Below, one piece after another: positions 1 to 13,054 of a stretch of 64,000 bases of DNA. The first letter of the stretch is position 1, and the number at the start of each line of letters is the position of its first letter. A program made the position numbers and the translations under genes. The stretch lies in the NCBI RefSeq assembly GCF_964204645.1, contig NC_134034.1:4934914-4998913 (forward strand), given 5' to 3'. This DNA comes from Tubulanus polymorphus. Its lineage: Eukaryota; Animalia; Nemertea. The notes under the pieces are model-generated. The model saw only the letters and a list, made by a program, of their open reading frames with translations, did no database searches and had not been told where the DNA came from.

Positions 1-420
1 TAAAAAGGGATGTAGAAAAACTTGAAAAAGTACAGAGGAGGGCAACAAAGCTCGTTCAGGGCCTAAGTAACATGTCAGACGAAGACAGACTGAGACGCCT
101 TAATTTACCGGCACTTCCATACAATAGAGATCGTGGCGATATGATAATGACCTTCAATTATATCGGTGGCCACTTCAATTTCAACACTGCAGATGTACTC
201 CGCAGGCCCAGTCTTCAACAAATTAGGGGGCACAGTCAGAAAATTAAGAAATTAAGGTCAAGAAAGAACATCAGAAGGATGTTTTCAAGAACGAACATCA
301 GAAGGATGTTTTTACCCAGCGAGTTTTAAATATAAGGAACTCGCTCCCCGAGAAAGTTGGGTCGGCCACCTCCGTAGACTGTTTTCAGTCAAGGCTTGAC
401 AAATTCTGGAAAGAAAAATT
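1..420 (+). mobile_element. 3' end of a CR1/L2-type LINE ORF2 (decayed)
   Basis: Translates to KRDVEKLEKVQRRATKLV...RLRRLNLPALPYNRDRGDMIMTF...GHSQKI, then with frameshifts NSLPEKV...SVDCFQSRLDKFW. This is the typical CR1-clade ORF2 C-terminus. Confidence 0.85.
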
Positions 421-1069
421 GTATTTATATAAGCTTACTTTTCACAGGAATTGAGGTGAAGTATAATTATATATATTCTAGTCATACTAACAAGACTAAC
501 TAATAACGACCGTAGCTGGAATGGTGCATCCAGGGTGCGTGCCGGTGGGGTAGTTAACTACGCTGCGCGCCTAGATCTGGAAAGGCCGATACAAATCAAG
601 CAGGTGTTGCCGAATTAACAGAAGGGTACCACACTGCTTAGGTCGTCAGAAAAGAAAAAAACAGGTTTAGTTCGAATAATTTTTATCAAATTGAATCAAT
701 GATGTAATTAAAAACTTAATTCGCGAGCATAAACTGTTCGTACTAAAGTTGGGATAAAAGTCCCAATGATTATGTACCATAATATATGTAGAACTCAAAT
801 CAAATTGAGCTTATGTTATGTACAATTCAATCTATTCATCGATTATTAAAATAACCGAACTACTTATCAAGTAGCAAGTATGGTAAGCGCAGGTAAAACT
901 CTACCGTGATTCCCACGATGGACAGCAACTGACGAAAAAGTGTTTTTCTCCCGTTTTTAGTAATGCCTGGTTTGAAGCCTCGAAGCCTTCTAATATCATA
1001 AATGGCTTTCGTGCAACCGGTCTATGAAATTCTCTTTGCTTTATGTCAGTAACATACGTAAATAATGAT

Positions 1070-1277
1070 GTTAATGATGTTAATAATTTCGTACCATCAA
1101 TGCGACATCCTCGATCCAGTTTTAACATACATAAAATGTTTATGATGTTAATAATTTCGTACCATCAATGCGACATCCTCGATCTAGTTATAACATACAT
1201 AAAATGTTAATGGTTTTAATGATTTCGTACCATCAATGCGACATCCTCGATCTAGTTTTAACATACATAAAATGTTC
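1070..1277. repeat. Tandem repeat, ~3 copies of a ~70-bp unit
   Basis: tttcgtaccatcaatgcgacatcctcgat(c/t)tagttttaacatacataaaatgtt recurs at ~1087, ~1155 and ~1223. Confidence 0.85.
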
Positions 1278-1306
1278 GATATTTTTTTTTTGTTGAAAAT
1301 CTTAAC

Positions 1307-1872
1307 TTGCTACTCCCGCAACGAACTATAATTAGTTTTACGTTACTTTATTTTAGCCAAAAGAAAAAGGTGAAAGCAGCAATTTTTGGTGATAGCTTTA
1401 TAAGTCGGCTTTCGAATACATGGGATTTCGAACATCCGGAAATTGGTGTTGATTTTTACGGTTATGGTGGCGTGAAGATAGTCGACATACATAGAAAAAT
1501 CATAGACGTCAAATATAACTTTTACGATTTAATCATAATTCTAGTGTGGGGAAACGACTTAGACGGTGTACATACGATTGTATGATTAATAAGAGCACAA
1601 CGCGGCACTACTTAACAGATTTTGTTTGTTTGCCTCTATATAAAAAGAACATCAACTAGAAAAAGTAGAGCGAGTGAATTCAATAAGAAGGTCAATAATT
1701 TTAATGGGTATCTATTTGGGGATGTAGATGGGAATTTAGTTAAGGTGTTGAAGTTTAGTGATCTGGGGTGTAGAAATAATACTTGGCAAACTCGCCTTCT
1801 ATCCGACGGGGTCCATTTCACCGAAAAAGCGAATAATAAATTGAAAAATCACGTGAGTCAAATAATTTTGAA
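1307..1872 (+). pseudogene. SGNH/GDSL hydrolase-like ORF, interrupted by a stop, probably retroelement-derived
   Basis: Block I AIFGDSFISRL, block II GYGG, block III LVWGNDL and block V SDGVHF occur in order across ORFs 1307-1585 and 1622 onward. Confidence 0.7.
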
Positions 1873-3860
1873 GGTGAAATCAGCTGAATCCAAAATGCGA
1901 GAAACAACTGCAGCCATCATTAAACTGACCAGTGAGCTAAAGAATGGTTCAGCGTCAAAGAATCGACTGGAATTAGAGCTACAGGGTTTGAAAGACAGGT
2001 ATAGTAAAGAGGCAGACAAGGTATGTAAATATATGAGTCAATTTCAGACTGCCAAGAAAGAAAATGTGTGTCTCCGCAAGAAAGTCCAGCGTCGAAATGA
2101 GAAGATTACTGTATGCAAGAGCGTCTAAATGAAGAGGCCTGTCAAAGACAGAAAACAGAGTCGCAGCTCCAAGATACTGAGGGTAAGCTAGCTGATTGTT
2201 TCAATTCTCTGAGTCTTTCAGATGAACGTGCACATGCAATGGAAATTGAATGTCGTAAGCTGACGAACAATTTAAGTCAACCACGCTTGCGAAAATCCAA
2301 AAGTGCTATCGACTTGTGCGACATAATTGACCAAAACGCTATCCACATCACCGAACTCGAGAAGACGCTGTTAGACATAAAACGAGAGAATGAACATTTG
2401 AAAGTTCTGATAGCGGTCGAGAATGAGCCGGAAATTACAACCATGCGTAAGGGTAGGTTTACCGATGAGATTCGACACGCTGTAATGGAGCTGCTTACAA
2501 CTCACCATGTAAGTATGAATAATATCCCTGGCGTAATAAAAACTGTTTTACGTCGTTTTCTCTCTGTTGAATGCGAAGACCTCCGATTACCATCAAATGC
2601 TCTGATGAGCCAATTGTTAATTGAAGCCAACTTTCTGGCTAAATCACATATAGCTGAAGAAATGCTCTCAAACATGCCTCAAGATTCCACCTCTGGTCAC
2701 TGCCTCCATGGAGATGGTACCAGTAAATTTCACAATAAGTACCAGAATTTTCAGGTCACTCTCAACTCAAGTGAGTCGCTGTCGATGGCTATGTCCCAAG
2801 TCGGCAGCGGTGATACTGAAACCCTCATGAAAAACTTTTTAGATTCTAATTCAGACTTTGCATCATATGTTGTTTCAGGTTCTGACCAAAATAAAGAAGA
2901 AATAGTTGACAAATTGGTTGGGTCTATCAAAAATACTCTATGTCTGATCAAGGTGCAACCAATCCCTGTTTTAATAAACAATTGCAAGGTTTGCGTCAGC
3001 AAGTACTTGTAAAAGCAGTTGAGAATTGGGACCAATTATCTCAGCCTAACAAGGCAAGCCTTGCATCGATGGGCCATTATTTCTGTAAGATGCACTTTTA
3101 GTCAATTTTGCAACGGAGTGTGACAAAACCCTCTCTTCCTTCGAGAAACTAGCATTAGAAGTGGAACCTACACCAGGAACTGAGTCAGGCGCTGGAAGAT
3201 TGATTCGCACTGCACTCAAGGCATTCCATCCAAGAGGTTCTGAAGAGGCCGGAGTTGCATCTCATTTTAATTCTTATCTTACAGTGGTTCCATCAAAACT
3301 GTGGTTGAAAACTTACAAAGTTAATAGGTTCAGTATCCTATTCTATGATGGTCCTGCATTATATTACCATCGCAAACATATCACAGATTTTCTTCTACAA
3401 TGGCCGAGTCCAAATCTCTTACTCCAGGCAGTTAATAATGATATTAATAATAAAGTCTTTCTAGCCGGCGCCCGTGCGCTGGGGATTATTGACAAGATCA
3501 TTACAGGGCCTTTTTGGAGAATAATCAACAAATTTCAAGCCATATTCGACATGAACCCATATCTACTACAGATGAAAGTGAAATGTAATGAATGGTCAAA
3601 AGATTCTAGTCAGCTCATGCAGGGGGAGGTAATGTTTCATTTCGAAGGTGAGGATTTGAAATAAAGATGTTCTCTTTGAAGCTTTATTTGCAGATTCTGG
3701 AGATGAGGAACTTGATATTCTCGCTCAACAGGCTCTCGATTTTTGTATGCATGCATTACATTTAATTCTTGAGCGTCAAGCCCATGATCAACTTCCAGGC
3801 GGCAAATACGAACATCCGGACGCATCTCTGGTTACCAACAGTTCAAACGTGCCCACTACT
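1873..3860 (+). pseudogene. hAT-type DDE transposase of element O (frameshifted, C-terminally truncated)
   Basis: Coiled coil followed by HGDGTSKFH, LSDQGATN, FCKMH (CxxH), NRFSILFYDG and RALGIIDKIITGPFWR, collinear with the A/B transposase. Breaks at NVPTT just before the SERDF catalytic-Glu motif. Confidence 0.85.
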
Positions 3861-3940
3861 GCCGAGCAGCACGGTGGGAGCCCACCATACTCCTGGTAGT
3901 CTACCTGGAGTATAGTGGGCTCCCACCGTGCTGCTCGGCA
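3860..3940. repeat. 81-bp palindrome at the transposase breakpoint
   Basis: tgccgagcagcacggtgggagcccaccatactcctggtag-t-ctacctggagtatagtgggctcccaccgtgctgctcggca: 40-bp arms with 2 mismatches. Confidence 0.9.
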
Positions 3941-4321
3941 ACCACAATATATATAATTTGCATTTTTAACATCCTGAGGTCTGTGATAAAGTGTAAGGTG
4001 CTCGTTTTCTATTCAAAGTAACCAAAATTGATTTTAAATGAAGGTAATTTATAACATTGAAATTATATTTAATGTAAATTGGGATATCAGTTATTTATAG
4101 TTGTTATTGTTGTTTGTTAACATTTGATAATATTTTATTGTTGTTGGCTCATACTTAATCATTCTTTTAATTAGAATTGGAGTTGATCTAAATTAATAAG
4201 TGTTATGTTCAAATACTTAGCTAGATTTTAAACACAGGTTGTTCAAAATGGACGAAACCTGGCATGTCGGGAGCATAATACATTTATAGAGGGCCTAACC
4301 TCTACCTGCACCACCAGAAAC

Positions 4322-4398
4322 GACATGTTTATGGATGACTGTGAGGCATAATATCTCAGGTAGCCATACTGATGATTGTTGATAAGATGAAACATGTC
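4322..4398 (+). ncRNA. Type III hammerhead ribozyme (variant) in element O
   Basis: Stem III gacatgt/acatgtc; GUU cleavage site after 4329; stem I tatgg...ccata; core CTGATGA at 4369-4375; stem II t-tgtt-gat-aaga-t (one mismatch, U.U closing pair); GAAA. Confidence 0.7.
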
Positions 4399-5454
4399 TT
4401 CAGTTTTAAATGTGAAATCTTTACCCCAAAAACTCATTTATTGAATGAATTTTATCAAAATAGTTAAGAATGGTTTTAATTCTTACCTTAGGAGTAGGAT
4501 CTAGTAAAAAGATGCTCTGAGATCTGAGTTGAGAAGGAAAATACCTTTAATTTAATACCTCACATGGCATACTTCCTCGAACGAGAACTTTTTTACGAAA
4601 AATACGCGTAAAACAAGATGGCCGCCAATACGTGAGCCTCATTCTGAAATGTGTTTCAGGTTGATATTTACAATTGATTGTCACATGTATCGATAAATCT
4701 AGCTCTTCAATATCTTGAATTTTACCACTATTTGATAATACACTTCGGGTTTCTCTTGTCGATAAAAGTTTCAACAATTTCATTGATACCAACTATGGCA
4801 AGCGAGGCTCCTAAGAGTTTACCAAATGATTATTAAGAAATAATATGCATTACATGTAGAAGGTTAGGAATAACATTCAACAACCCTTAAAATGTCTCAT
4901 TTTGGTAACAAACAAATTTGCAAGGCATTTTTGGCATTTTATTCCATGCCAATATGTTGATTAGCTCAAAACGGCTGTTTTCTACTTACCATATGGTTAC
5001 CATGGCAATCAACAATCACTTTAAATGATGGTTAACCTTGGAATTACATTTTAGGATCAAATGGTTGGAAATTCTACTCTCATATTTCATTAGGCACTGT
5101 GATATATGTGATTTACATATTTCTTGGAATTATCAATGAGGTTATCAATATGCAAATTAGGTTAACTTGCATAATTAAGCAAAACAAATTTGGTCCATTA
5201 ATAAGTTTCATATCAGTATCGTACTGACCGAGTTTGGCTTCAATCGGATGAAAATTGTGAAAGATATAGGGGTTTCAATAATAAATTCAGTCCCTTTTCT
5301 AGGCTAAAACTTAAAATAGGGTTTTCAGATCACGTGACCAAAATCGGCCATAGCGCCGGGAAACCTCCACTTCAAATTTGTTTTCCTTTATAAAAACTAT
5401 ATTTTTAATTGAAACTATATGAATTGTGTTTTTAAATAAAGATATTAATGATAA

Positions 5455-7832
5455 ACAAGAGCCCCAAGGGGCACAATGGCCAGCCTGTCAGATTTGCTTT
5501 TTATAAATGATGTAATCTGTGGGTTATATTTATCAATATACACTCCCTGCTCAATGTCATTTACATAGTACAATCGTGTGTTAACACAGACAGCAGGAGC
5601 GAATGTAATATAGAAATACTAAGTTATTGTATTGTTCAACGCCCCTGGTGGCCATATACAAAAACCAATGAGCTTGAAACTCACCAAGATCATAGACCAT
5701 GTCATGAGCTACAACTTTCCAATTGATTGTGGTAGCAAAATATGCATAGGTACGAATGTAATATAGAAATACTAAGTTATTGTATTGTTCAACGCCCCCT
5801 GGTGGCCATAAACAAAAACCAATGAGCTTGAAACTCACCTCAATCATAGAACATGTCATGAGCTACAACTTTCCAATTAATTATGGTAGCAAAATATGCT
5901 TAAGTATCAAAATGATGTGGCTAAACTTTTTTTCCACCTACGAATGAGTACTGATGACCCCAAGATGGCCGCCAATTGCGTCATAATTGCCTGGTCAAAA
6001 ATACCCTCTCGGATATAAAAGATCCTTTTCCAAAGACTACCCATTACAAATTGCTATGAAAAATGGCACACCATTAGAAAGCTACAGGACTCAGAATTCA
6101 GGCCAAAATTAACATTTTTGGGAACAAAAAAGGTCACAGGACGGCCATCTTGAGTCCGATCGACCCAATTTTTCTCATGCCGATGGGCCCTTGGGGGATA
6201 CAAATATATACGAATGATCAAGGTTATTGATAAAAGTGTCTTCAAAATTTCCCTCGAAAACTTCTAAAATGTGTAAAAAGTGCTGATTTTGGCGAACAAC
6301 AATGGCTGCCAGACGGCCATCTTGAATCTGACAGGGCCAGTTTTTGGCACGTATAAACCAAATATCAAGACATTACCTTGAAGCGTCTTCAAAACTTTGG
6401 AACTCTCACGAACTATCTAGATGGTTATCTCTCGACTCAATAGCTTCAAGACCCATCTCAGAACAACTTTGTTCCATGCAGCATACCATTAACTCTCGGA
6501 AAGCGAATTGGATTTAACATTTTTTGGGCAGAATAAAATTTGATTGAATTTGCAATTCGAGCACATGGCTAATTAGCATATCAAGTTCATACACTCGATT
6601 TGGGAAAAGCAATTTTTTGCGAACCTTGCGCAATTGTCAAGGATGAATTTTCTGTAGAGCAAATAAAAATTCCTCCCAAACACCAAATCAACTAAAGATT
6701 TCATAGAAATCGATCTTGAAATACGATTTTAAATCTTAAAATAAAACCCTGAAGTAAAACAATAGACGATACGCGGGTTCACGTGAACACCTGATTTCTG
6801 TAAACGAAATGTTGGTTGTGACAAAATTGTTCAGACGGTTTTAGGTGGTAATTAGTACGGAAACGTAACAACCATGGTCGACTTATTCGATGAAATCAGG
6901 CCTATGTGATATCCAAATTTTGACTTTTTTATTCTCCAGACCTCCCTGATATAGAAATAAAAAATTTTGGTGGTACGTATAGTAATAATAGTAATAATCA
7001 CAGCGCCGACGGCGACAGAGCCGTGTCAGAGATCGGCGGAGTGAAAATTGCGGAGGTGGACGAACACGAAGAAGTAGGCTATTGAGTTACTTGAATCGCG
7101 AAAACTCCTGGCGCGGCCCCGACGCTTTTCGTTGATTAAGTAGTACAAATATCAAGCAATGGGTTTTCACCACAATCTACCGCCGGTGTTTACCCGATTT
7201 CAATATCACTCCAAAATTCAAAGAAACCTCGAAATATCGAACCGCAACACTTTCGGTAGATATCCGCAGCTGCCCAACCGGGAAACTTATTTGTTGATAG
7301 CATCGATAGGATCCATCATCTTCTCCCGTCAAGGGATTCGAACCCACTAAGCTAAAGCCGTGCCAGAATCAGGTCGGGCCAATCACAGCGCTTGTAACAA
7401 ACCACATTAGGCTTCTGTGGAATTTCCCAGTAAATGGGCCAATCAGCGAACACGTAGCGAACGCGGAAGTATTGTCGCGTGTTGATACATGACGTCATGC
7501 GCAAAAGCGCCAGTAATGAAATCACGATAATTCACGTGAACAGCTGCTGATATTTTTAGATAAACCAATCACATGGAAGACACAACTTCCTGATTGGCTG
7601 ATGAAAATTGAAATTTTCCCGATTTTATTTTCGTGAAAAATGCAGAAAACATTTTTATGAAAGCCTATTTCAAAATTCTGCTCGCTACGATTCCGAGAAT
7701 GGATTACGCTTAAATACGTGATTTGTTCGAATATGCCCTCACTTGGCAAGCAAAAGAGCCTTTTGTGTGGAAACCATGTCATTTAAATTCGCTCCATTTG
7801 TATAGTAATAGGCTCAGCCTACGGCTGGCCTA
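5455..7832 (-). mobile_element. Non-autonomous Helentron-associated element (HINE/DINE-like), possibly with internal inserts
   Basis: Absent at the matching site of copy B (gataaaaaacgatg at ~24390) and inserted in a T-run without TSD. On the minus strand it starts ttttaggccagcc and ends caggctggcc-attgt-gccccttggggc(hairpin)-tcttgttt, giving subterminal inverted repeats plus a 3' stem-loop. Internal ~155-bp core repeats at 5600-5900. Confidence 0.8.
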
Positions 7833-10800
7833 AAAACGATGTTGAAAATATTACATTGATCCGAAACATATTCGCCGAGATATTAGCAGCTGAGTCGGGA
7901 GCGCGCTGTAAATTTGAACACTAGCAGGTGCGCGCTCTATATTTCGCCGTATTTAGGTGCGCGGAGACTAAGGCATGCTCCCATAAAAGCCTCCACTGCA
8001 GCGACGGACGCCATACTAGTAAGATGCAAACCCCGTAGCGTTCTTCTCGACCTTCGTAAGTTTTGTCTGCTATGCCGTACTAGTTTTCGGAACGAATATT
8101 CCAGATTTTATGACTATTTAAACTTTTTGGAGCGATAAAAAACACAGATAAGCAATATTTATCAATAAGTTCTCCCCCAGGCCTAAAAATTAGGATATAT
8201 TTCAATAGGAATTTTAGCGATAGAAATTCGATCGGCTCTCGACTTTTGACCTAAACTTGGCTCGTTCCTGGAAATTCCGCCGCTCGGTCGCGCTAATCCA
8301 CTTCCGGTTCACTTCCGGGTTCGCGTGATCTTTGTTTACATTCGTTTTAGCCCCTTGTTTTGTCATTTTTACGCCGTTTTTGTTAGAATACCGCCCTGAA
8401 ATCGTTTGCATATACATGTATCTATTTTATTGTTATTGACTGTTATTATTAACTTATAAGGTAAATAATGGCCACAAATCAGCAAGTTTACGAGCACTTA
8501 GTCCATAACGCCGGTAAGATGAGTATGAATTAGTAGTTGAAGGTTTTTTAGAGCTATATCCGATTTATAAACAGAGCCAAGAGCATTATAAGACATTATA
8601 TCTTAGGTTAAAGAGAGTTCATACAAGAGCCCAGAGTTTTATTCGCAACCGCAAATGGCGTCCAAATGCGACCAAATCATTTTTACAATCGACTTTTCCT
8701 GTCACGCCCGGACCTTCGCGGGTAGAAACCATGCAACAAGCTGCGACCACTTTACGTGAAGAGGCACTCACAGAGCGATGTATCAACATTAATACTGAAA
8801 ATAAGTCTCTGAAGCGTAAACTGTGCAATGTGTAGGTCCAAAACTCATGTCTCGAAGAAAAAATATATTCAATGAGACACATCATCAAAGATTGCAAGAA
8901 TTGACAGATAAAATGGATGAACTAACAAAAAAAAATATCCAATGGGGCTGAACTCTCTGCATCACTGACGTTGTTAAGAGCAGAACATGATACCCTCATA
9001 GAAAAATTTGACACGCTCTGTGCAGAACAACAAGCATCTGAACTGCAGACAACAAAGCGCCAGAAATTAGATAGAGACCTCATGAGTCGAAAAATAAAGA
9101 GGCGCGACGAAAAAATTAGATCACTTGATAGAATAACAAAAGAAAATTTTTTAAAGAAAAAAAGCAACTATCAAGCCAGATGCAAGAAATTGAAAGCGAT
9201 TTGCAAGCGAAAATGGAACAGTTACAACTATCTGAGGTCCGTAACACCAATTTAAAAAGTGAAGTTAACCAGCTTAAGTCAAGAATCAGTCAGCTTAAAT
9301 ATCGTAACACCGTAAAAATACAAGAAGAGCGTAAAGAGACTGATTTGAAAAAAATTGAATCCCTACAACATCAGTCAAAAATAGATTCTCTGATGAAAGA
9401 AAACCTTAGATATGAAAGTTTGTCAACTGACAGAGATGAAATTGCAACTTTCGTTGATGGGAAATTTACAGATGACGTCCGCGAAACATATATGCATTTA
9501 TTAGCCACCAATCACGTCAGCATGAGTCAGGTTGATGACGTTGTAAAAACTATATTGAAAAAAATGGCTAAATGTAATGTTGACTCAATGCGTCTCCCAT
9601 ATAACGCCTTAAAATCTCGTCTGCTTCTCGAAGGTAATTTCATCGTTAAATCCCATGTGGCCGAAGCTATGTTAGCTGATAAAAAAAATCATGATGTCGG
9701 CCACTGTTAACATGGAGACGGCACTGGTAAATTCCACAAACATTACCAGAATTTTTAAGTGACTCTCCAAGATGGTACTTCACTTTCGCTTGCGATGTCA
9801 AAAGTTGGCGGAGGCGATACAGAGCTGCTAATGAAAAATTTTTAAACAAACAATTAGTGATTTTGCTGCGATTATAACTGACTCATCAGATCCAGTTCAA
9901 CAAGAACAAACTGTGGCAAAATTAGTTGCATCTTCAAAAAGTACCATGTCAGACCAAGGGTCAACCAATCCCTGTTTCAATCAACAGCTTCAACTACTAC
10001 GAAAATTTACTACCAAATGTTGTTGAAGATTGGAACACATTGACTCAAGACACCAGGAAATCTCTTGGAACCATGGGTAATTTTTTCTGTAAGATGCACC
10101 TTCTAGTCAACTTTGCTACAGAATGTGATAAAACACTGGCCGGCTTTGAAGAACTTGCCACTGATGAAGAGACAGTCGCCTACACTAAAGTATCCGGTAC
10201 AGCTAGACTGATTTGAACAGCCGTAAAAGCACTCTATCCTCGTGGCTTAGAAGAGTGTGGTGTAGCTTAACACTTCCAAACATTTTTACGGGGAGATGGT
10301 GAAAAATTATTGCTACAAACATATAAAGGTAATAGATTCAACATCTTGTTTTATGATGGCGCAGCACTTTATTACCATCGTGAACACATCAACCGTTTTC
10401 TCAGTTCATGGCCTAATCCGAACAAACTTCTACAAGCGGTTTTCAGTGATGTAAAATACCAAGTCCTTCTCGCTGGGTGCCGTGCATTAGGCATCATTGA
10501 TAAGGTAATCACTGGGCCATTCTGGAGAATCCTAAATGGAGCAAACAACGTCCTCGACATGAATCACCATCTCCTACAAATGAAATCAAAATTAATTGAT
10601 TGGTGTGAAGACAGCCAGCCAATAATGCCGGGTGACATAATCTTTCCAGATGCAGAGATACACAAAGACGCATTGTATGATTTACTTTTCAAGCAAACGA
10701 CAAGTCAGGAATTTGAATGTCTCACCCAACAAGCACTGGAGCTGTTAATGCACGGATTGCTATTAATCCTCGAACGACAAGCGCAGGATCAGCTACCAGT

Positions 10801-13054
10801 TGGAAAATACTTCAATCCTGATGAATCGACGAAGGCGTCATACACGAATGTCCCGACCAGCAATGTGATCTCTGAGCGTGACTTCGCAATCTTGGATTTA
10901 CTAATCCGAATCAAACCAGCAAGCAACCCAGAATCTCTCGAAACGCTGACCCTGTGGATGAACAACAGAACATCAAACTAGCTAGAAAAAAGAATTTAGA
11001 CGATAGGTCAGTATTATTTAAAAAGCCAGATCAAGCGTTGATGTAATGAAAAAAAAATTAAAGAGAGACGGGAAGCCATTCGCAGGAAGTCATCCCTGCT
11101 ACTGGCCAATCAACAAGAAAAAGTGAAAGCCGAGGAGAGAGTGCTAACAAAATAAATTAAGGCTACCAACAACTTAGCCGAATTTGGTGCGGTATGGGTC
11201 AGTTCTAGTATAGTCCGAGAAGAACTCTTCAAACTTGAGCCAGCACTTCGAAAAAAAGCCATCCTGTATCAGATAAATTTCCATAAACAGGTCCTTCACT
11301 CTAAAGGTGACACAGAATTCTGCCCATTTCTGACAAAATGGTGTAGGTCAAAATTTTTCGAAAATCAGGTTTTGATTGATCCTACCTAATTTGGACCTGC
11401 TCTTTCATTTGGTGCGATCCTCAGATCATTATCTCTCACCGTTAGAGAGATAAAAAATGAGAAAAGGAAGTATGTCTTATCATTTTCCTCATATTACCTG
11501 ACAAAATGCAGTAAGTTATTGTTTGAACGACTGATATAAGTATCAAATGACAAAAAGAAGTATGTTTCGCTAAGTAATCTGACTTACTTCGTTTTGTCAG
11601 ATAGATCATGTTATATACTTCTTTTTGTCAGGTAAGTCCTCGCACATACTTCCTTCTGCCAGGTAAGTTGTCTGACCTACTTCCTTTTGTCAATGCATTT
11701 TTTGAAACTGAAACAGTTTTAATTATTGGAATTTGTGTTGTTAGGATTCTTATTTCAATCATCCATGATAGCATTAGGTTAAAAACGAATAAATTTGAAG
11801 TGTCTCGATCTTGAGAATTGCAGGTATGTATCTAAAGTTTTCACCAAATAATAGAAACATTTCCTCTGTTCCAAGCATGGATGTTTCGTCACTGTTTCAT
11901 TATTATCATTATTATTATAAGGCCTATCACTGGATTGAAAACTGGCCTATGCTATGCAATTTCAGAATTTCTATCATTTTCAGCATGGCCTGAGCTATAT
12001 AATGCTTCAAATTTCGATCTCTCATTTTTACTCTTTTCAGGTTGTCCCTCCTTAGCTTTAGTGACGTTTTTAGAACCCTTCGAAGGGCAGGTATTGTGGA
12101 TGACGGAGAGGACATTTTGAATGCGAATTCAACGCAAGCCACTGTACCGGCTGAAATTGAAAGTAGCGCTTCAACGGGTGAAAATGAACCTCAGCATAAC
12201 GACAAAGAAAACGAAATGCCGCCCCCTGAGAAAAAAAGGCTCACTCCAACTGAATAGCACGACAAACTTGTTTCGGACCATCCATTACTTATAAGTTGTG
12301 CATGCAAGCGTTTGAAATGCCATGAAAAATTTACAGAAATCAAAAGACGAAATATTCATGACAGCTTATGGAATATAACTGATTATAGTGAGCGAAAAGC
12401 TTGGGTATTCTATCATGTCAAGTGTTGCGATTCCAAATCTGCAAGCGATAGAAAAGTTCGTAAATTCTATCTGCCAGTGGCTACGGCTGCTCTTGATGTT
12501 GAAGTTTGCCAGACATTCTTCTTACAGACCTTAGGGTATAAGAGCGATCGGATTCTTACGCATACCTAGGCAGCACAACAGGGTCAAAATGTATTTTCGC
12601 CACCAAAAGACAAGAGAGGAAAACATGCTCCTAAACATGCCATGACCACGGAAGTACATGAAAAATTAAAAGCGCATGTTGAGGCCTATAACCCATCGAT
12701 CAGTCATTACAGAAGAGAACACGCCCCTCATACTCGATATCTCACTACAGAAATAAATGCCACAGTAATGCATGATGATTTCAACAAACTCTTTCCAGAT
12801 TCCAATGTCTCCTATGTTACATATAAGGCCCATCTACACGGAGGCACTAAAAAGCCGGCTCCGTTGGAACCGGCTTTTTGGGGTCGGTATTTTGAATAGC
12901 GCGCGTCTACACGAAGGCTTCTCGAGTGCTGGGGAAGCGAGGTTTTCGGTTACACAAACATAGAGCGGGGTTTTCGGTTACAGAAACATTGTGGCGCAGG
13001 GTTCCGTACTTCGATTCAACATTTAAGAATTTCTTAACCGAGTTGTGATAAAAT

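Noticed and set aside
5951-5975. Other CTGATGA occurrences (e.g. 5951, 7599, 62124) as hammerheads
   Set aside because: No stem II plus GAAA and no flanking stem I/III complementarity.
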